Shown: positions 13,857 to 27,869 of the stretch, piece by piece | How the letters are laid out: the number at the start of each line of letters is the position of its first letter | Numbering within the stretch: the first letter of the stretch is position 1 | Assembly (NCBI GenBank): GCA_951406725.2 | Contig: OX597817.1 | Coordinates: forward strand, 29,574,001-29,638,000 | DNA: 64,000 nucleotides | Direction of reading: 5' to 3' | From: Octopus vulgaris | Taxonomy: Eukaryota | Notes under the pieces: model-generated | Told to the model about the DNA's origin: nothing | What the model saw: the letters and a program-made list of their open reading frames with translations, nothing else | Database searches by the model: none | Position numbers and translations under genes: made by a program

Positions 13857-14604
13857 GAATGTGTCTCTGTCTGTGTTTGTCCTCCACCGCAGCTTGGTAA
13901 CTAGTGTTGGTGTGTTTATGTCCCCATAACCTAGCGGTTCAGCAAAAGAGACCAATAGAATTAAGTACAAGGCTTCAAAATATAAGCCTTGGGCTCAATT
14001 TGTTCAACTTAAGCCCTTCAAGGAAGTGTCCCAGCATGGCTGCAGTTAAATGACTGAAACAAGTCCAAGATTACCTAACACAGAGATAAGCAAACCTTTA
14101 AAATTCTATCCATAAAAAAATGGTTGAATACTTGAAAATATCTATAAACAACACTGCAGTATAACATGTATTTCCTAAACATATTTAATTCTGCTGTCTT
14201 CAGTTAATACACTAAGGCAATTGAATTTCAATTAAGTCTAACTATTATTAAAAATATTCTCATCAATTGTCATCATATGTTATTAAAATAGGCAGTTATA
14301 GCCTGCTCACCAATATTTTTATATTAAATAACTTTCTGTTAAAAAGAACATCTGCATATTAAAATTGTTTTCACCAGTATAATAATTTTTAAGAAATTGT
14401 TCACGAACAAGTGTCTGATGGTACGTATATATATATATATATATATGATGATGATGATATGGCATTAGGAAGGGCATCCAGCTGTAGAAACACTGCTAGA
14501 TCTGACTGGCCTGGTGCAGCCTTCGGGCTTGCCAGACCCCAGTTGAACCGTCCATCCCATGCTAGCATGGAAAGCGGACGTTAAACGATGATGATGATGA
14601 TGAT

Positions 14605-14727
14605 ATATGGTTCCGGGTTCAGTCCCACTGCGTGGCATCTTGGGCAAGTGTCTTCTGCTATAGCCCCGGGCCGACCAATGCCTTGTGAGTGGATTTGGTA
14701 GACGGAAACTGAAAGAAGCCTGTTGCA

Positions 14728-14778
<51 letters not shown>

Positions 14779-14988
14779 TTGTGTGTCTGTGTTTGTCTCC
14801 CTAGCATTGCTTGACAACCGATGCTGGTGTGTTTACGTCCCCGTCACTTAGCGGTTCGGCAAAAGAGACTGATAGAATAAGTACTGGGCTTACAAAGAAT
14901 AAGTCCCGGGGTCGATTTACTCGACTAAAGGCAGTGCTCCAGCATGGCTGCAGTCAAATGACTGAAACAAGTAAAAGAGTAAAAGAGT
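14605..14988 (+). mobile_element. SINE family A (head clipped), abutting an RTE tail fragment at 14445-14604
   Basis: Match to family A. Confidence 0.8.
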
Positions 14989-15756
14989 ATACATTTATCA
15001 AATATAACAGAAATAGGAATCATCATCGGTGGCAGCATCCTCATCATCATCACAACCACCACCACCACCATCATCATCATTGCCCAGCATCATCACTATC
15101 ATCATTATCATTATCATCAACATCATCAACATCATCATCGACACCACCATCACCACCACCACCACCACCACCATCATCATCATCATCCTCATCCTCATCA
15201 TTATCATCAACATCATTATCATCATCAGCAACATCATCATCAACACTGCCACCACCACCACTACCACCACCATCATCATCATCATTGCCACTGTCATAGT
15301 TTTGGCATTAATTGTGCCATGCTTGTATGAGCCAGACAAAATCTGTCGAGGCAGATTTTCCATGGCCAGTTGCTCTCCCTAACACCAAACCCTCACTTAT
15401 TTCCAAGCAAAAAGTAATTTCCTCCAAATTCCTAAGTAAAACAAAAGAACCTCAAAGGCAAGACAATTTTTCACAGAAGATTGTATGACTGCTTAACTGA
15501 CAGTGATGTTTATTTGCAATTAGAATTAGATATGAAGACTAGGAGAGATGTTCATATATATACATTCGCATGCATGTGCATATATACATACATTCATATA
15601 TATATCTGTGTGTACATATATGTATATATATATATATATATGTATGTATGACAGGCTTCTTCCAATTACCATCTACCAAATCCACTCACAAGGTTTTGTT
15701 TAGCCCAAGGCTATAATACAAGACTTTTGCCCAGGGTGCCACACAGTCGGACTGCA

Positions 15757-15797
<41 letters not shown>

Positions 15798-16031
15798 GGA
15801 TGAATGAATTATCCTTTGTTTACCGTTAACATGGAAAATTCAGTAAATAGTTACCAGGGTAGCAAAATTCATGCAAGTAACATGGATGAAGCCACCTATT
15901 CAAAGGTAGAAACTCCGGGTTAATGTGCAGTAATTTGTGTAGTATAAGTAAATAAAACTAATGTTGTCTTCGAAACATATGTCGAAAGTAAAAGAATTTT
16001 AATAACATCTGCATTCAACTCTATTTATTTA

Positions 16032-16141
<110 letters not shown>

Positions 16142-18105
16142 TACTGAATGGGCTTCTCAAATAATTTATACATACATGCATATGTACACACACACACACA
16201 AACTTTTAATTTATGGCAAATGCCTCCAAGTGTGCTCTAAAAGCTCCTATGCTAATTGTTGCTGGCTACTGCATATTATTCCCATCTTCCAGAGTAATTC
16301 TATGGTATGGTTATGTATGTGGCCCTCACTATGACAGAAGATAAATATTATAATAATGAAAATATTATCGGATGGAAATTTTTAAATTTTATCAAGGCAT
16401 TGTTACATATGTTTCTGCATAACACAGGTTTGTTCATGACTACATTCTCACATCCATAGTATATTATTAGATATTATTTATAATATTTATTGATCTTAAG
16501 ATAATAAATCATGGGGGTGATTTGTTTGACTAAAAGTGGTGCTCCAGCTTGGCCGCAGTCAAATGATTGAAACAAATAAAAAGAAAAAAAAGAATAAAAA
16601 AGAATATATATGTATGTATGGCTTTGTACATATATATATATATATAGTAGAAATATGTTTTGAAAAAAATATAAAATACACGTGGAAATGTAAGGGTAAA
16701 AAATGAAAAATCAACGAAAATGCATATTGTAGATATAAAAAGGCTATTTTAGACAGGTAGTGACAAATATATACATTTAGAGTATTACCAGTCAAAAAGG
16801 TCATTATTATTGATGATTATAAGAAGTTAATAATAATAATAATAATAAGGTAAGAGAAGGCATATATATATATGTGTGTATATATATATATGTAGAAAGA
16901 GAGAGAGAGCGAGAGACAGTTGTATGTGTGTGTGTATGTGTGTATATATGTGTGTGTGTGTGTGTGTGTCTGTATATATATATGCACACCTGCATGTGGT
17001 CATGTGTTTGATGTATGAATCCATAGTTTAGTACTGAAAAGCGTTTTGTGTTTTCAGAATTAGTCCTTTTGGAATATAGAAAATGACCACTGGACACCTA
17101 TTCTGTGTAAAAAATCATGACCTACATATATCTATGCACATGTTTGTGCTTATATCCATTTCCCAACCTCTTTTAGTTTCAATCAATATATTATTATCTG
17201 ACTCACAATTTCACAACACTCCTCTTGTTTATAATCCTTTACTTCCGTCTCTCCCTCTCTCATATGCTCCCTGTTTCACAATGAATTCTTATCTTTCTCT
17301 CTTCCTTTTTATCTCTGGTGTCTATTCATATATTTTTACTTACTTTTTTATGTTGTTTAAATATTTGTTGTTTATCTCTTTTATGGTTATTCAACTTAGT
17401 TTTTTCCATTTCTTGCTTTATTTAATTACAATCTTGTCTTTTACCTCTTTCTTCCGTTTTCTTTCTCTGTTTCCTCTCTCTTTATTCTCTATTTTGTCTT
17501 TTCTTTCTCTTTTCTCTTCCCATTGCTTCTTCGTTGTAATTCTTTATTGGTCTTTTCCAGTTGCTTTCTTTATACTTTCCTCTCAAAATACTTATAAAAG
17601 GCTGCACAAACTACCCAACTCTAGACTTTAATTCTCTGTAACATAATGCAATTAAATATTCTTTAAAGGTCTGTCCTGGCTAAGCATCCAATTGCACTTG
17701 GAACATCCAATGAAGTGTTCCTAGCAAACGTATACGTACATAGGAACAAATAATATAAACTTGTGTTTATCATTTCTTCTACATACAATCATATTACATA
17801 AATACATACACACACACACGTATATATAAATATATGCCCTTATACATACATACATTCTAGCTGTATGGATTCGTTATTTTTCTTTTTGCCTATGTTACTG
17901 TCTGGGAGATCTTTATGGTAGTAGAAAAGGCATTTTAACTCCTATTTCTAAATCCGGTATGTGGCAAAACAATTAGCTGACTCCTGATTATAATTATGTT
18001 TATAATTATAGAATATTTGTATAATTTTAACTAAAAAGGTTATTTTAACATACCAAATTACTTAGTAAAATTATTAATGATTAATTAATTGATTTTACCC
18101 TTTTA

Positions 18106-18162
<57 letters not shown>

Positions 18163-18187
18163 TATAAAAGTTGTGTACAGGTATTGC

Positions 18188-18361
18188 ATATTGAGAAAAA
18201 AGAAGGTGGCCAGAATTTTGTGAAACTATTTTTATTTATTCATTATTAGCGCTTTCCTTATTTTTGAATTTATCAAGTTCAAAAATGAATGAAAGCGCTA
18301 ATAATAATTAGTAAATGAAAATTTTTTTCCAAAATTCTGGCAACTTTCTTTTTCTCAATAT
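18188..18361. repeat. Small imperfect palindrome beside (TA)n with a partial HHR 3' half (GAAAgcgcTA)
   Basis: atattgagaaaaaagaaggtggccagaattttg pairs with caaaattctggcaactttctttttctcaatat; centre near 18275. Confidence 0.7.
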
Positions 18362-18459
18362 ATATATATATATATATATATAATATAAAGTGGTGAGGTC
18401 CTGAGTAACCCACTTCTTGGAATCAGTGGTGAGATCCTGAGTAACCCACTTCTTAGAAT

Positions 18460-19545
18460 CTTCCCAGGTGATTACCCCAGTTTTCAATAAAGCCAAAAAT
18501 CGCTCATTGTGAACTATTGACCGATCTCACCTACATCTCATATCATCAAATAATGTGAGAGGGGCAAGATACTGAGTAACTCACTTCTTGGAATCTAACA
18601 GCCTGATTATTCCCAATTAATAAGGCACTGCTTAACACAGCTCTTGCATCATTTCAATGACGTCTTAAAGGCCATGCGAGAGGGCTCCAATGTAGATGTC
18701 ATGTACCTTGACTTCAGCAAAGCATTTGTCAGGGTTGATCATTGTATCCTGTTAAAGAAACTAACACTGGTGTCCAAGGAAAACTGTTAACTTGGATCAA
18801 ATTTTTTCTGATGAACAGAACTCAACATGTGGTGATGACTGATGGTGTCCAATCGACCTCAGACAAGGTTATGAGCAGAGTCCCACAGGGCACTGTATTG
18901 GGTCTGCTCCTTTTCATAATTTATATTAACGACATCACTGACGTCATCAAACACAGAAGCATGCAAATCTTCAATCTGATCTGTTAGTTATTATCCAATG
19001 GATGGAGAAACATAATATGCAACTAGACGAGGAAAAATTCTACCTAATCCACTTTGGTAAAGTGACTGCATTCCAACAACCATACACTCTTCCTTCGGGT
19101 GAAACCCTTATGGCACCCAGCACTGCTAGAGACCTAGGTGTTACTGTTGACAACAAAACAAGCTGGAGTGCTCACATAAACAGCAAAGCTGACATGGTTT
19201 GCATGGTGTGCTTCTGGATCCTAGATATGCCCCTACAATTATTCTACTTTTCTCTACTTTTGCTCGCCCTCACCTCCAATACTGTTGTCCGCTGTGGTCC
19301 CCCCCCCCCCGTCATCCCACATGATACGAAATATTATGAAAATTGAAGCTCCTCAAAGATCTATCGCAAAAAACAAATAGATGACGTGACAAGCTTTGAT
19401 TACTGGGATCAACACAAAAAGCTCAGGCTTTACACCCTCCAATGCTGCCATGAGCGCTATATCTTTTGTTTTATGTGGAAAATATTCCATCAACATTGCC
19501 CAAACGATATAGGTATCGACTTTAAAAAATTCATCTGAGGAACAG
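18460..19545 (+). pseudogene. Degenerate CR1/L2-group LINE reverse transcriptase fragment
   Basis: Frameshifted motifs VDVMYLDFSKAF, VPQGTVLGLLLFIIYINDI and ARDLGVTVDNKTSWSAHI. Confidence 0.8.
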
Positions 19546-19660
19546 TGAACAATATATAAATATATATATGTATATATATGAAGGCGGCGAGATGGCAGAC
19601 ACATTAGCGCGCCGGGCAAAATGCTTAGCGGTATTTCGTCTGTCGTTACGTTCTGAGTTC

Positions 19661-20437
19661 ATATAATAGAAAAGTTAAAATTAAAATAACAATAAAATGT
19701 AAAGATTAAGTAAATTGCAAAAATAATAATAAAACCGTATATAATAGGTAGAAAAACGACACCTGTTTCGCGGCTATATTTAAGAAATGATTATAGTAGT
19801 AGAGAAATCACTTCGATATAAATATAGTCGCGGCGAGCTGGCAGAAACGTTAGCGCGCCGGGCGAAATGCTTAGCGGTATTTCGTCTGTCGTTACGTTGT
19901 GAGTTCAAATTCCGCCGAGGTCGACTTTGCCTTTCATCCTTTCGGGGTCGATAAATTAAGTACCAGTTACGCACTGGGTCGATGTAATCGACTTAATACC
20001 TATGTCTGTCCTTGTTTGTCCCCTCTGTGTTTAGCCCCTTGTGGGTAATAAAGAAATAGATATAAATATAGTCGCTCATCAGGTTAAAAATAAAATAGAA
20101 CAATAAAATAATTAATTAATAAATATACTTTAATATAAATATGTATATGTATATGAAAATCCTAAATATACATAAGTGAAAAATAAAATAATACTTAAAT
20201 AATCAAGTACTTTAAAATTGAATAAAATACACAAAACTACTACAAGTCATTAAATTGTAATCAAAATAAGAAATGTTTCAAATATAGAAAAACTCCTTAA
20301 ATAAACTAACCATATAATGAATATATATGTGTAGTATCTATAGATTTAATATAACAATCTATAACAAAGTTGACTAAATATCAAATAATATAATACCTAA
20401 TTGACTTAAATTTAGTATTACAAATAGATAATCCACC

Positions 20438-20470
<33 letters not shown>

Positions 20471-20491
20471 ATATAATATAATATATTAAAT

Positions 20492-20537
<46 letters not shown>

Positions 20538-21420
20538 TAATTAATATCTATCGTAAGTAATATCTATCAATATATATAAAAATGTATAAAAAATATAATA
20601 GCGAGAATAAGATGTTAATGGAAAGTAAGAAAACCTATCAACCCCAAATTAAAGAAAGGTGCAAAAATATTAGAACCAAAGAACAATACACTATGAAGAT
20701 GTACAATCACAATCACCAGTCCTCTACCAAACCAGTCAATAACAATAACAATAAAACAACGATCAAAATCAAAATAATAGTTACTAATATTGATAAGCAA
20801 ACTAAATTACTAAGTTCAACGCTTCTGTTAATCTCTCTAGATTTTAAATGTATCAATATTATAAGCGTCTAATTAATATACTCAATCGATTCCATTCATG
20901 AAAAATATAATCAAAAATTTGAAATAGTACAAATATACTCAAATCAATTATATAAACTCGTTATATTAATATCCAAGTATAATATCTATAGATTTAATAT
21001 ATCACACGATAAAAAGTTAAACATAAACTTTATATTAAAATAAAAACTAGTTTATTAAAAAGTAATACTATTTAATGAAAATATTATTTAATTATTAAAA
21101 GAAATATAGTCTAACAATATTAATTCTCAAATTAAATAATATGTAAAACGTAAAATCTTTTATAACAATTAAATCTATTATATACGTTTTTATTATTATT
21201 TTTGCAATTTACTTAATCTTTACATTTTATTGTTATTTTAATTTTAACTTTTCTATCATATGTAATTTTATAGATGGTGTAATTTAATTGTTCATTTTGA
21301 ATTGATAAAAGGTGGTTTTTTTCTAATTTTATATATATATATATTATATTGTGTGAAATTTGATTTAGTATTGCTAAATTTAATTTTTTTCCTTGTAAGT
21401 TTGGATTTTATTCCCTCAAA

Positions 21421-21425
<5 letters not shown>
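19661..21425. mobile_element. AT-rich PLE-tail-like element with inverted arms and a SINE-disrupted HHR
   Basis: 19661-19748 is the inverted copy of about 21174-21262. The terminal motif c(c/t)tgtaagtttggatt..ttccct is shared with the element at 35498-35997. Confidence 0.55.
19832..20058 (+). mobile_element. SINE family B, full length, 17-bp TSD
   Basis: TSD gatataaatatagtcgc at 19815-19831 and 20059-20075; tRNA-like head ggcgagctggcagaa...gagttcaaattcc. Confidence 0.9.
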
Positions 21426-21465
<40 letters not shown>

Positions 21466-21491
21466 GTATGTATATATGTATATTCATATAA

Positions 21492-22222
21492 ATCATCATC
21501 ATCATCATCATCGTTTAACGTCTGTTTTCCATGCTAGCATGGGTTGGACGGTTCGACCGGGGTCTGGGAAACCAGTAGGCTGCGCCAAGCTCCAGTCTGA
21601 TCTGGCAGTGTTTCTACGGCTGGATGCCCTTCCTAACACCAACAACTCCGTGAGTGTAGTGGGTGCTTTTTACGTGCCACTAGCACAGGGGTCAGAGGAG
21701 GCTGGCAAACGGCAACAATCGGTTGTACTTTTTACATGTCACCAACGTGGACGCCAGTCAGGCGGCGCTGGCATCAGCTATGTTCGGACGGTGCTTTTTA
21801 CATGCCACAGACACGAGTATCATAACTACAATTTCCATTTGATTTTTATTTTGATGTTGGTGTTGACGTACTTGACTCAATAGGTCTCCTCAAGCACAAA
21901 ATTCACTCTACGATCCAAGGTTAGCGCAGCAGGCTGTCCTGTGATCCATGAACTCACTTCATTTGTCGGGTCTTTGCAGTCACAGCATATCTCCAGATAT
22001 TTCGGTGAGGCCCAACGTATGAAGGTCATGCTTAACCACTTCATCCCATGTTTTCCTGGGTCTACCTCTACCCTGGATTCCTTCAACAGTTTGGGAGTGT
22101 CACTTCTTCACACATCTCTTCTCATCCTTCTATAGTACATGACCATACCAATGCAAACGTCTCTCCTGCACGCCACATCCGATGCTTCTTATGTCCAACA
22201 TTTCTCTCAGGGTAGTTACACT
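21492..22222 (-). mobile_element. RTE LINE 3' segment (ORF C-terminus, 3' UTR, (GAT)n tail)
   Basis: Minus strand reads [25 protein letters not shown]...GRGRPRKTWDEVVKHDL. Confidence 0.85.
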
Positions 22223-22229
22223 ATATATG

Positions 22230-22272
<43 letters not shown>

Positions 22273-22281
22273 TTATTTATG

Positions 22282-22342
<61 letters not shown>

Positions 22343-22345
<3 letters not shown>

Positions 22346-23802
22346 CAAAGAACACAGGCAAAGAACACGTGCAGAGGGCTTCCATGGCATACATGGAAGC
22401 TATGGTTTTGGTTCCCGCAATGAGGAGGGAACCAGACTGCTGGAGTTCTGCGATGCAAATGATCTTATGGTTTGCAATAACAACTTCAGGAAATCCGCCC
22501 ATCACCTAGTCACCTAGCTGAATGGGATAAAGAGAGTCTGCCGAATGTCGACTCAACAGAGGCACAAGCTATCCGAGTTGACAGTTCCTTGGTAGTCAAG
22601 GCAATTAGTAGCATGAAGACAAGGAAAGCCCCAGGCCAATCAGGAATTACTGCAGATATGCTCAAAATATCTGGCAGTGTTGGTTATAGCCTAGTCACCC
22701 GCATAGTTAACCAGGTGATACACGAAGGAGTCATACCCAATGACTGGTGTAGCAGCATAATAGTCAACTGCCACAAAGGTAAAGGTGACGCCTTAAATAC
22801 AAATAATTACAGAGGTATCAAGTTGCTGGATCAAGTAATGAAGGTCACGGAGAGGGTCATAGCCCAACTAATTAGAGAGAGAGAGAGTCAGTTTAGATCA
22901 AATGCAGTTTGTGTTCGTGTCAGGGAAAAGCACCACTGATGTTATATTCCTGGTAAGACAGCTGCAGGAGAAATACCTAGCCAAAGATAAACCTCTGTAC
23001 CTGGCTTTCGTTGACATGGAGAAAGCCTTTGACAGGGTCCCCCGATCCCTTATCTGGTGGTCAATGAGGAAACTAGGGATAGATGAATGGTTAGTGAGAG
23101 CCGTGCGAGCCATGTACAGGGATGCTGTTAGTAAGGTGAGGGTTGGCAACAAGTACAGTGAAGAATTCCGGGTAGAGGTAGGAGTCCACCAAGGTTCAGT
23201 CCTCAGCTCCCTCCTATTTATCATAGCTCTCCAGGCAATAACAGAGGAATTCAAGACGGGATGCCCCTGGGAGCTCATCTATGCTGACGATCTTGCTCTA
23301 ATTGCTGAGTCACTATCAGAACTGGAGTAGAAGTTTCAGGTGTGGAAGCAAGGATTAGAATCGAAGGGCCTTAGAGTCAACCTAGCTAAAACCAAAGTAC
23401 TAATAAGTAGGAAGGTAGACAAACCACAAATACCCTCAGGTAGATGGCTCTGCTCGATCTGTAGAAAAGGCGTAGGTAGAAACTCTATAAGATGTACCCA
23501 GTGTAAGCTATGGACACATAAGAGGTGCAGCAATGTCAAAGGAAGGCTAACTGGGAAGATAGTTTTTGTATGTGGCAGATGCTCAGGAGCAATAAACACT
23601 GAAAATCTGCAGAAAACAACTTTCGTCACTTTCCAGGGGGAAAAACTAGAAGTAGTTGATAGCTTCCATTATCTAGGTGACCAAGTCAGTAGCGGGGGTG
23701 GGTGTACTAAAAATGTAACTGCTAGAGTAAGAATAGCCTGGGTAAAGTTCAGAGAGCTCTTACCTCTGCTGGTGACAAAAGGCCTCTCGCTCAGAGTAAA
23801 AG
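22343..23802 (+). pseudogene. RTE LINE internal segment (APE endonuclease end, RT with YADD, PHD-type finger), inverted relative to the 3' segment
   Basis: [51 protein letters not shown]. Disabled by an internal deletion near 22518, a frameshift near 22890 and a stop at 23328-23330. Confidence 0.9.
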
Positions 23803-24319
23803 CCATCTCTACTCATTCTTTCAAATATATTTATATATATATAATTAATCAAAGAAAAAAATCCTAAAGAAAAAACACAAGAAAAAATAACAACAACGTG
23901 AGGACATGGTACATGCAAAGTATTAGCAGACGCTCAGGGAAGGATAGAAAGGTAGTTTTACGTTTAGAGCAAAGCTCTTCTTCAGAAACAGGAAACAGAG
24001 GAAAGTCCAAGAGAAAAGGAAGATGGAGGGAAAAATCCCCAACGACCCACAGAGAGAGAGAGAGAGAGAAGAAAGAGAGAGAGATGCATATACATGAGTA
24101 TCTTTGTGGATCTTTTTGTTTTCCCAACCACCACTTTATATGAGGTGTTGGTTTGATAACGTCCTGGTAACTTGGTATTTCAGCTTAATGAGAGCTCAAG
24201 AATAACTACCAAAGATAAAAATAAGTACTGGGGTCGATTTGTTCAACTAAATCTTTAAAGATGGTGCTCCAGCATGGCCACAGTCTAGAACAGGTAAACG
24301 ACAGAAGACATACATACGG

Positions 24320-24712
24320 GCTCTTTTACTATTTTACTTGTTTCAGTCATTTGACTGCAGCCATGCTGGAGCACTGCCTTTAGTCGAGCAAATCGACCCC
24401 AGGACTTATTCTTTAGAAGCCTAGTACTTATTCTATCAGTCTCTTTTGCCAAACTGCTAAGTTACAGGGACATAAACACACCAGCACCAGTTGTCAAGCG
24501 ATGTTGGGGGGACAAACACACACACTCACATATATACATATACATATATACGACGGGCTTCTTTCAGTTTCCGTCTACCAAATCCACTCACAAGACTTTG
24601 GTCGACCCAAGGCTATAGTAGAAGACAATTGTCCAAGGTGCCACGCAGTGGGACTGAACCCAGAACCATGTAGTTGGTAAGCAAGCTACTTACCACATAG
24701 CCACTCCTGGGC
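24320..24712 (-). mobile_element. SINE family A
   Basis: Match to family A. Confidence 0.85.
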
Positions 24713-26139
24713 CTATATATTTTTTCTTTATAGTTCTTTATAATTCACATGTAAGGATGCATGGACTATTGGTCAGTGTGTTTGACTCAGTTATAAGGTT
24801 GTATGTTTGCTGAGCTGAGTGCCATGCGTACTTGAGCAACACACTTCATTTTCTGTTTCTCTAATCTATAAATAAGCACCACCCTTTCTCTCTTCAGATG
24901 TCACAGCCTCTGTGTTACACTGGGTAAAGGATACGTGGGCTGAGAGGGTGTCTATATCTGTTTGTAATTACATAAATATCTAAAACAATTTCCAAAAAAC
25001 GAAATAAAACAATAGCATGGAAGTAAGTAAGCTATTAGATTATACTCACAAATGGTGGTTAAGCTTTCATTCATAATTTACATAGTGTCTGGTGTTTCCT
25101 GTCTGTTTATAACTAAATAGCGTAACTCTGAAAAACAGTGTAGATTTTTACTGAACAGAAGATTAAAAAAGCTGGACTACTTGCTATATGACAAAATTAA
25201 TACGATTAAAACTTGCAATAAGAGTCTTATTGTGGTCTTAAATGATCGCATTAATCTTAATTCCTTTAATCAAATAATGTAAAATATGGAGTCTGCTCAA
25301 GTTGAATAGCTATGTAAAAGAGTAGCTTTAAAAGACAGTAGCTAGAGCAGACATAAGCCGTATAAAACAGTCATTATGTAAAAGTAGCTGTATAAAACAG
25401 TCACTATAGAATACAGTAGGTGTATAAAATAGTAGCTATATAAAATAATTTTTTTTTCTTTTTTTTCTGCCTTTAGCCCTCCGATGCGGAATATAAGCCA
25501 CTTATAATTGAATTCCATGTCGCATAATTTTTTACTTCTGTACTTATACTCTGCCATGAATGTCCCCCTTTCTCTAGTTCCTTCTGTGTTGATCTACGCC
25601 ATGAGTTCTTAAGCCTACCCTATCTTTCAAAGCCCAACCCCTCGTCCTCGTCGTGAGGGATGGAAACAGGTAAAGCTGGCCAATGGGGCTCTAGTGAAGT
25701 TGAATGGGCTAATCACCCGTGTAATGGATTTTTTTCAAATTGATTACGAAAACACTGATAGTTGACAAATATAAAATAATCTATAATATAAATTGGACAT
25801 GGGCGATCGTTGTATTCTTTCTTGTCTTGAGGTTCACAGCCAAACGGCTGGGTGGATTCGCATGAAAAATGGCACACATGTGGAGACAGGTGCATAGATT
25901 GGAATGCAGTTTGTATTTTTGTTTCCTAACCCCCATACTTACCGAGAAAATCGATTAAAAATTTTCTAATGGAATTTCCCTCTTTCTTCTGCCATTAAAA
26001 CAACTAGTTGCTCAGAAGCTGTTTTCTGACGGGGTGGGGTCAGGAAATTTTCATATAGTTGGAGGCTCCAATCGAAACAGGGGACCCAAAATGATAAGGT
26101 TGACAAACGCTGTTATAGATTATGCCTAACTGAAAACGA

Positions 26140-26190
26140 TCACAGCCACATCATCCAAATAGACCGGGTGAAACCGGGCTGAGCTACTAG
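26140..26190 (+). mobile_element. Helitron-like 3' terminus (5' end not located)
   Basis: Hairpin ccgggtgaaaccgg followed by CTAG|T. Confidence 0.45.
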
Positions 26191-26567
26191 TACCTATGTA
26201 AAACAGTAGCTATAGAACACAGTAGCTGTATAAAAGAAATGTTTCTTTAAAATTGATAGAAGCAATAAGAAAGTCTGTTCAATTAATTTTGTAATAAGTA
26301 CTAAGTGCAACTAACATCTGTATTAAAATATATTAATATTTATCTGAAATATGGCAGCATGCTGGCAGAACTGTCTGCATGCCAGGCAAAAAGCTTAGTG
26401 CCATTTCATCTGACTTCAGGTTCTGAGTTCAAATTCTACTGAGGTTAGCTTTACTTATCCTTTCAGGGTGGATCAAATACGTACCAGCTGAACATTGGGG
26501 TTGATGCAATCGATTTTGCCCCTCACCCAAATCTGCTGGCCTTATGCCACAATTTGAAACCAATATT

Positions 26568-26958
26568 TACTTTTTACTTGTTTCAGTCATTTGACTGCGA
26601 CCATGCTGGAGCACCGCCTTTAGTTGAGCAAATTGACCCCAGGACATTTTCTTTGTAAGCCTAGTACTTATTCTATCAGTCTCTTTTGCCGAACCGCTAA
26701 GTTACAGAGACGTAAACTCACCACCATCGGTTGTCAAGTGATGTTGGGGGGACAAACACAGACACACAAACATACACATACATATACATATATACGATGG
26801 GCTTCTTTCAGTTACCATCAACCAAATCCACTCACAAGGCTTTGGTCAGCCCGAGGCTATAGTAGAAGACACTTGCCCAAGGTGTCACGCAGTGGGACTG
26901 AATCTGGAACCATGTGGTTGGTAAGTAAGCTACTTACTACACAGCCACTCCTGCACCT
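26568..26958 (-). mobile_element. SINE family A
   Basis: Match to family A. Confidence 0.85.
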
Positions 26959-27869
26959 ATTTATCTGAAATTAATCTTCATTCTTATTAATTACAATAAT
27001 TATAAGTACAATCATAGTATTATCTATTCAAATGGGTTATTTTTGTATTTGAATTGGTATTGTTATAATTCTTTCCTCATTACAATATGTTCAGATCACC
27101 ATCACTGGATGAATATTTACTTTATTTTGCTGTATTTCAGGAGGGTCCATTTACCTGTAATAAACAAATGCATGAGTTCTCTTTCACTTCTTTCATAATT
27201 ATTAGTCAACTGGTTAACTATTTAATCAATTAAATAATTGATTTTTTTTTCATTAATTGTTTGGTTGATAAATCAATCAGTTAATTTTGTCAAAGTTCGT
27301 TTAATATGATTTACGACCTCATCAATAATATGCCCTCCCTTCTCCAGGTTTGATTCAAGTCTCTTTGTTTATCATTGACATAATGACCCTCCTGAGGTAC
27401 AACAAAATCAGTTTAAATACACGAGTTCCCATTAAGAATTTTGCAAACCAAATAAACACAAGATTTACCCTACGTTTCAGAGTTAAGTAGTTCTCTTTAA
27501 AACAATGATGCTATAAGTTTGATCCCACTGTGTGACGTATTGAGCAAACGTTTTCTACTGTTTGCTTACATTGACTAGTACCTTGGGAGTGGACTTTGAT
27601 AGACAGAGAAAGTGCAGAAACATGTTGTGTATGTGTGCGTGTCCTCATTTGAGAAATTCCTGAAGAAAGTCATTTTTGTGACCCAAGTGTAACCATTACA
27701 GTAGCTTCACAATGGAGTAAGAGGACTCGTGCCATGAGGCTAGTTGGAACACAGCAATAATTAGAGAATAATTCAAGAAAGATGTTGGCATCATTTCAGT
27801 TTTTAGTTCCAATGATGTATTTTATTAGCCAACTTCAACAAGGCATGGTCATTACTTTGGTTTGTCAAC

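Noticed and set aside
17083-17631. 182-aa hydrophobic ORF
   Set aside because: Low-complexity pyrimidine-rich DNA with no motif.
18388-18460. 36-bp tandem duplication as a regulatory or array element
   Set aside because: Only two copies, and part of the unit recurs inside the adjacent LINE fragment (about 18572-18595); likely an insertion-junction rearrangement.
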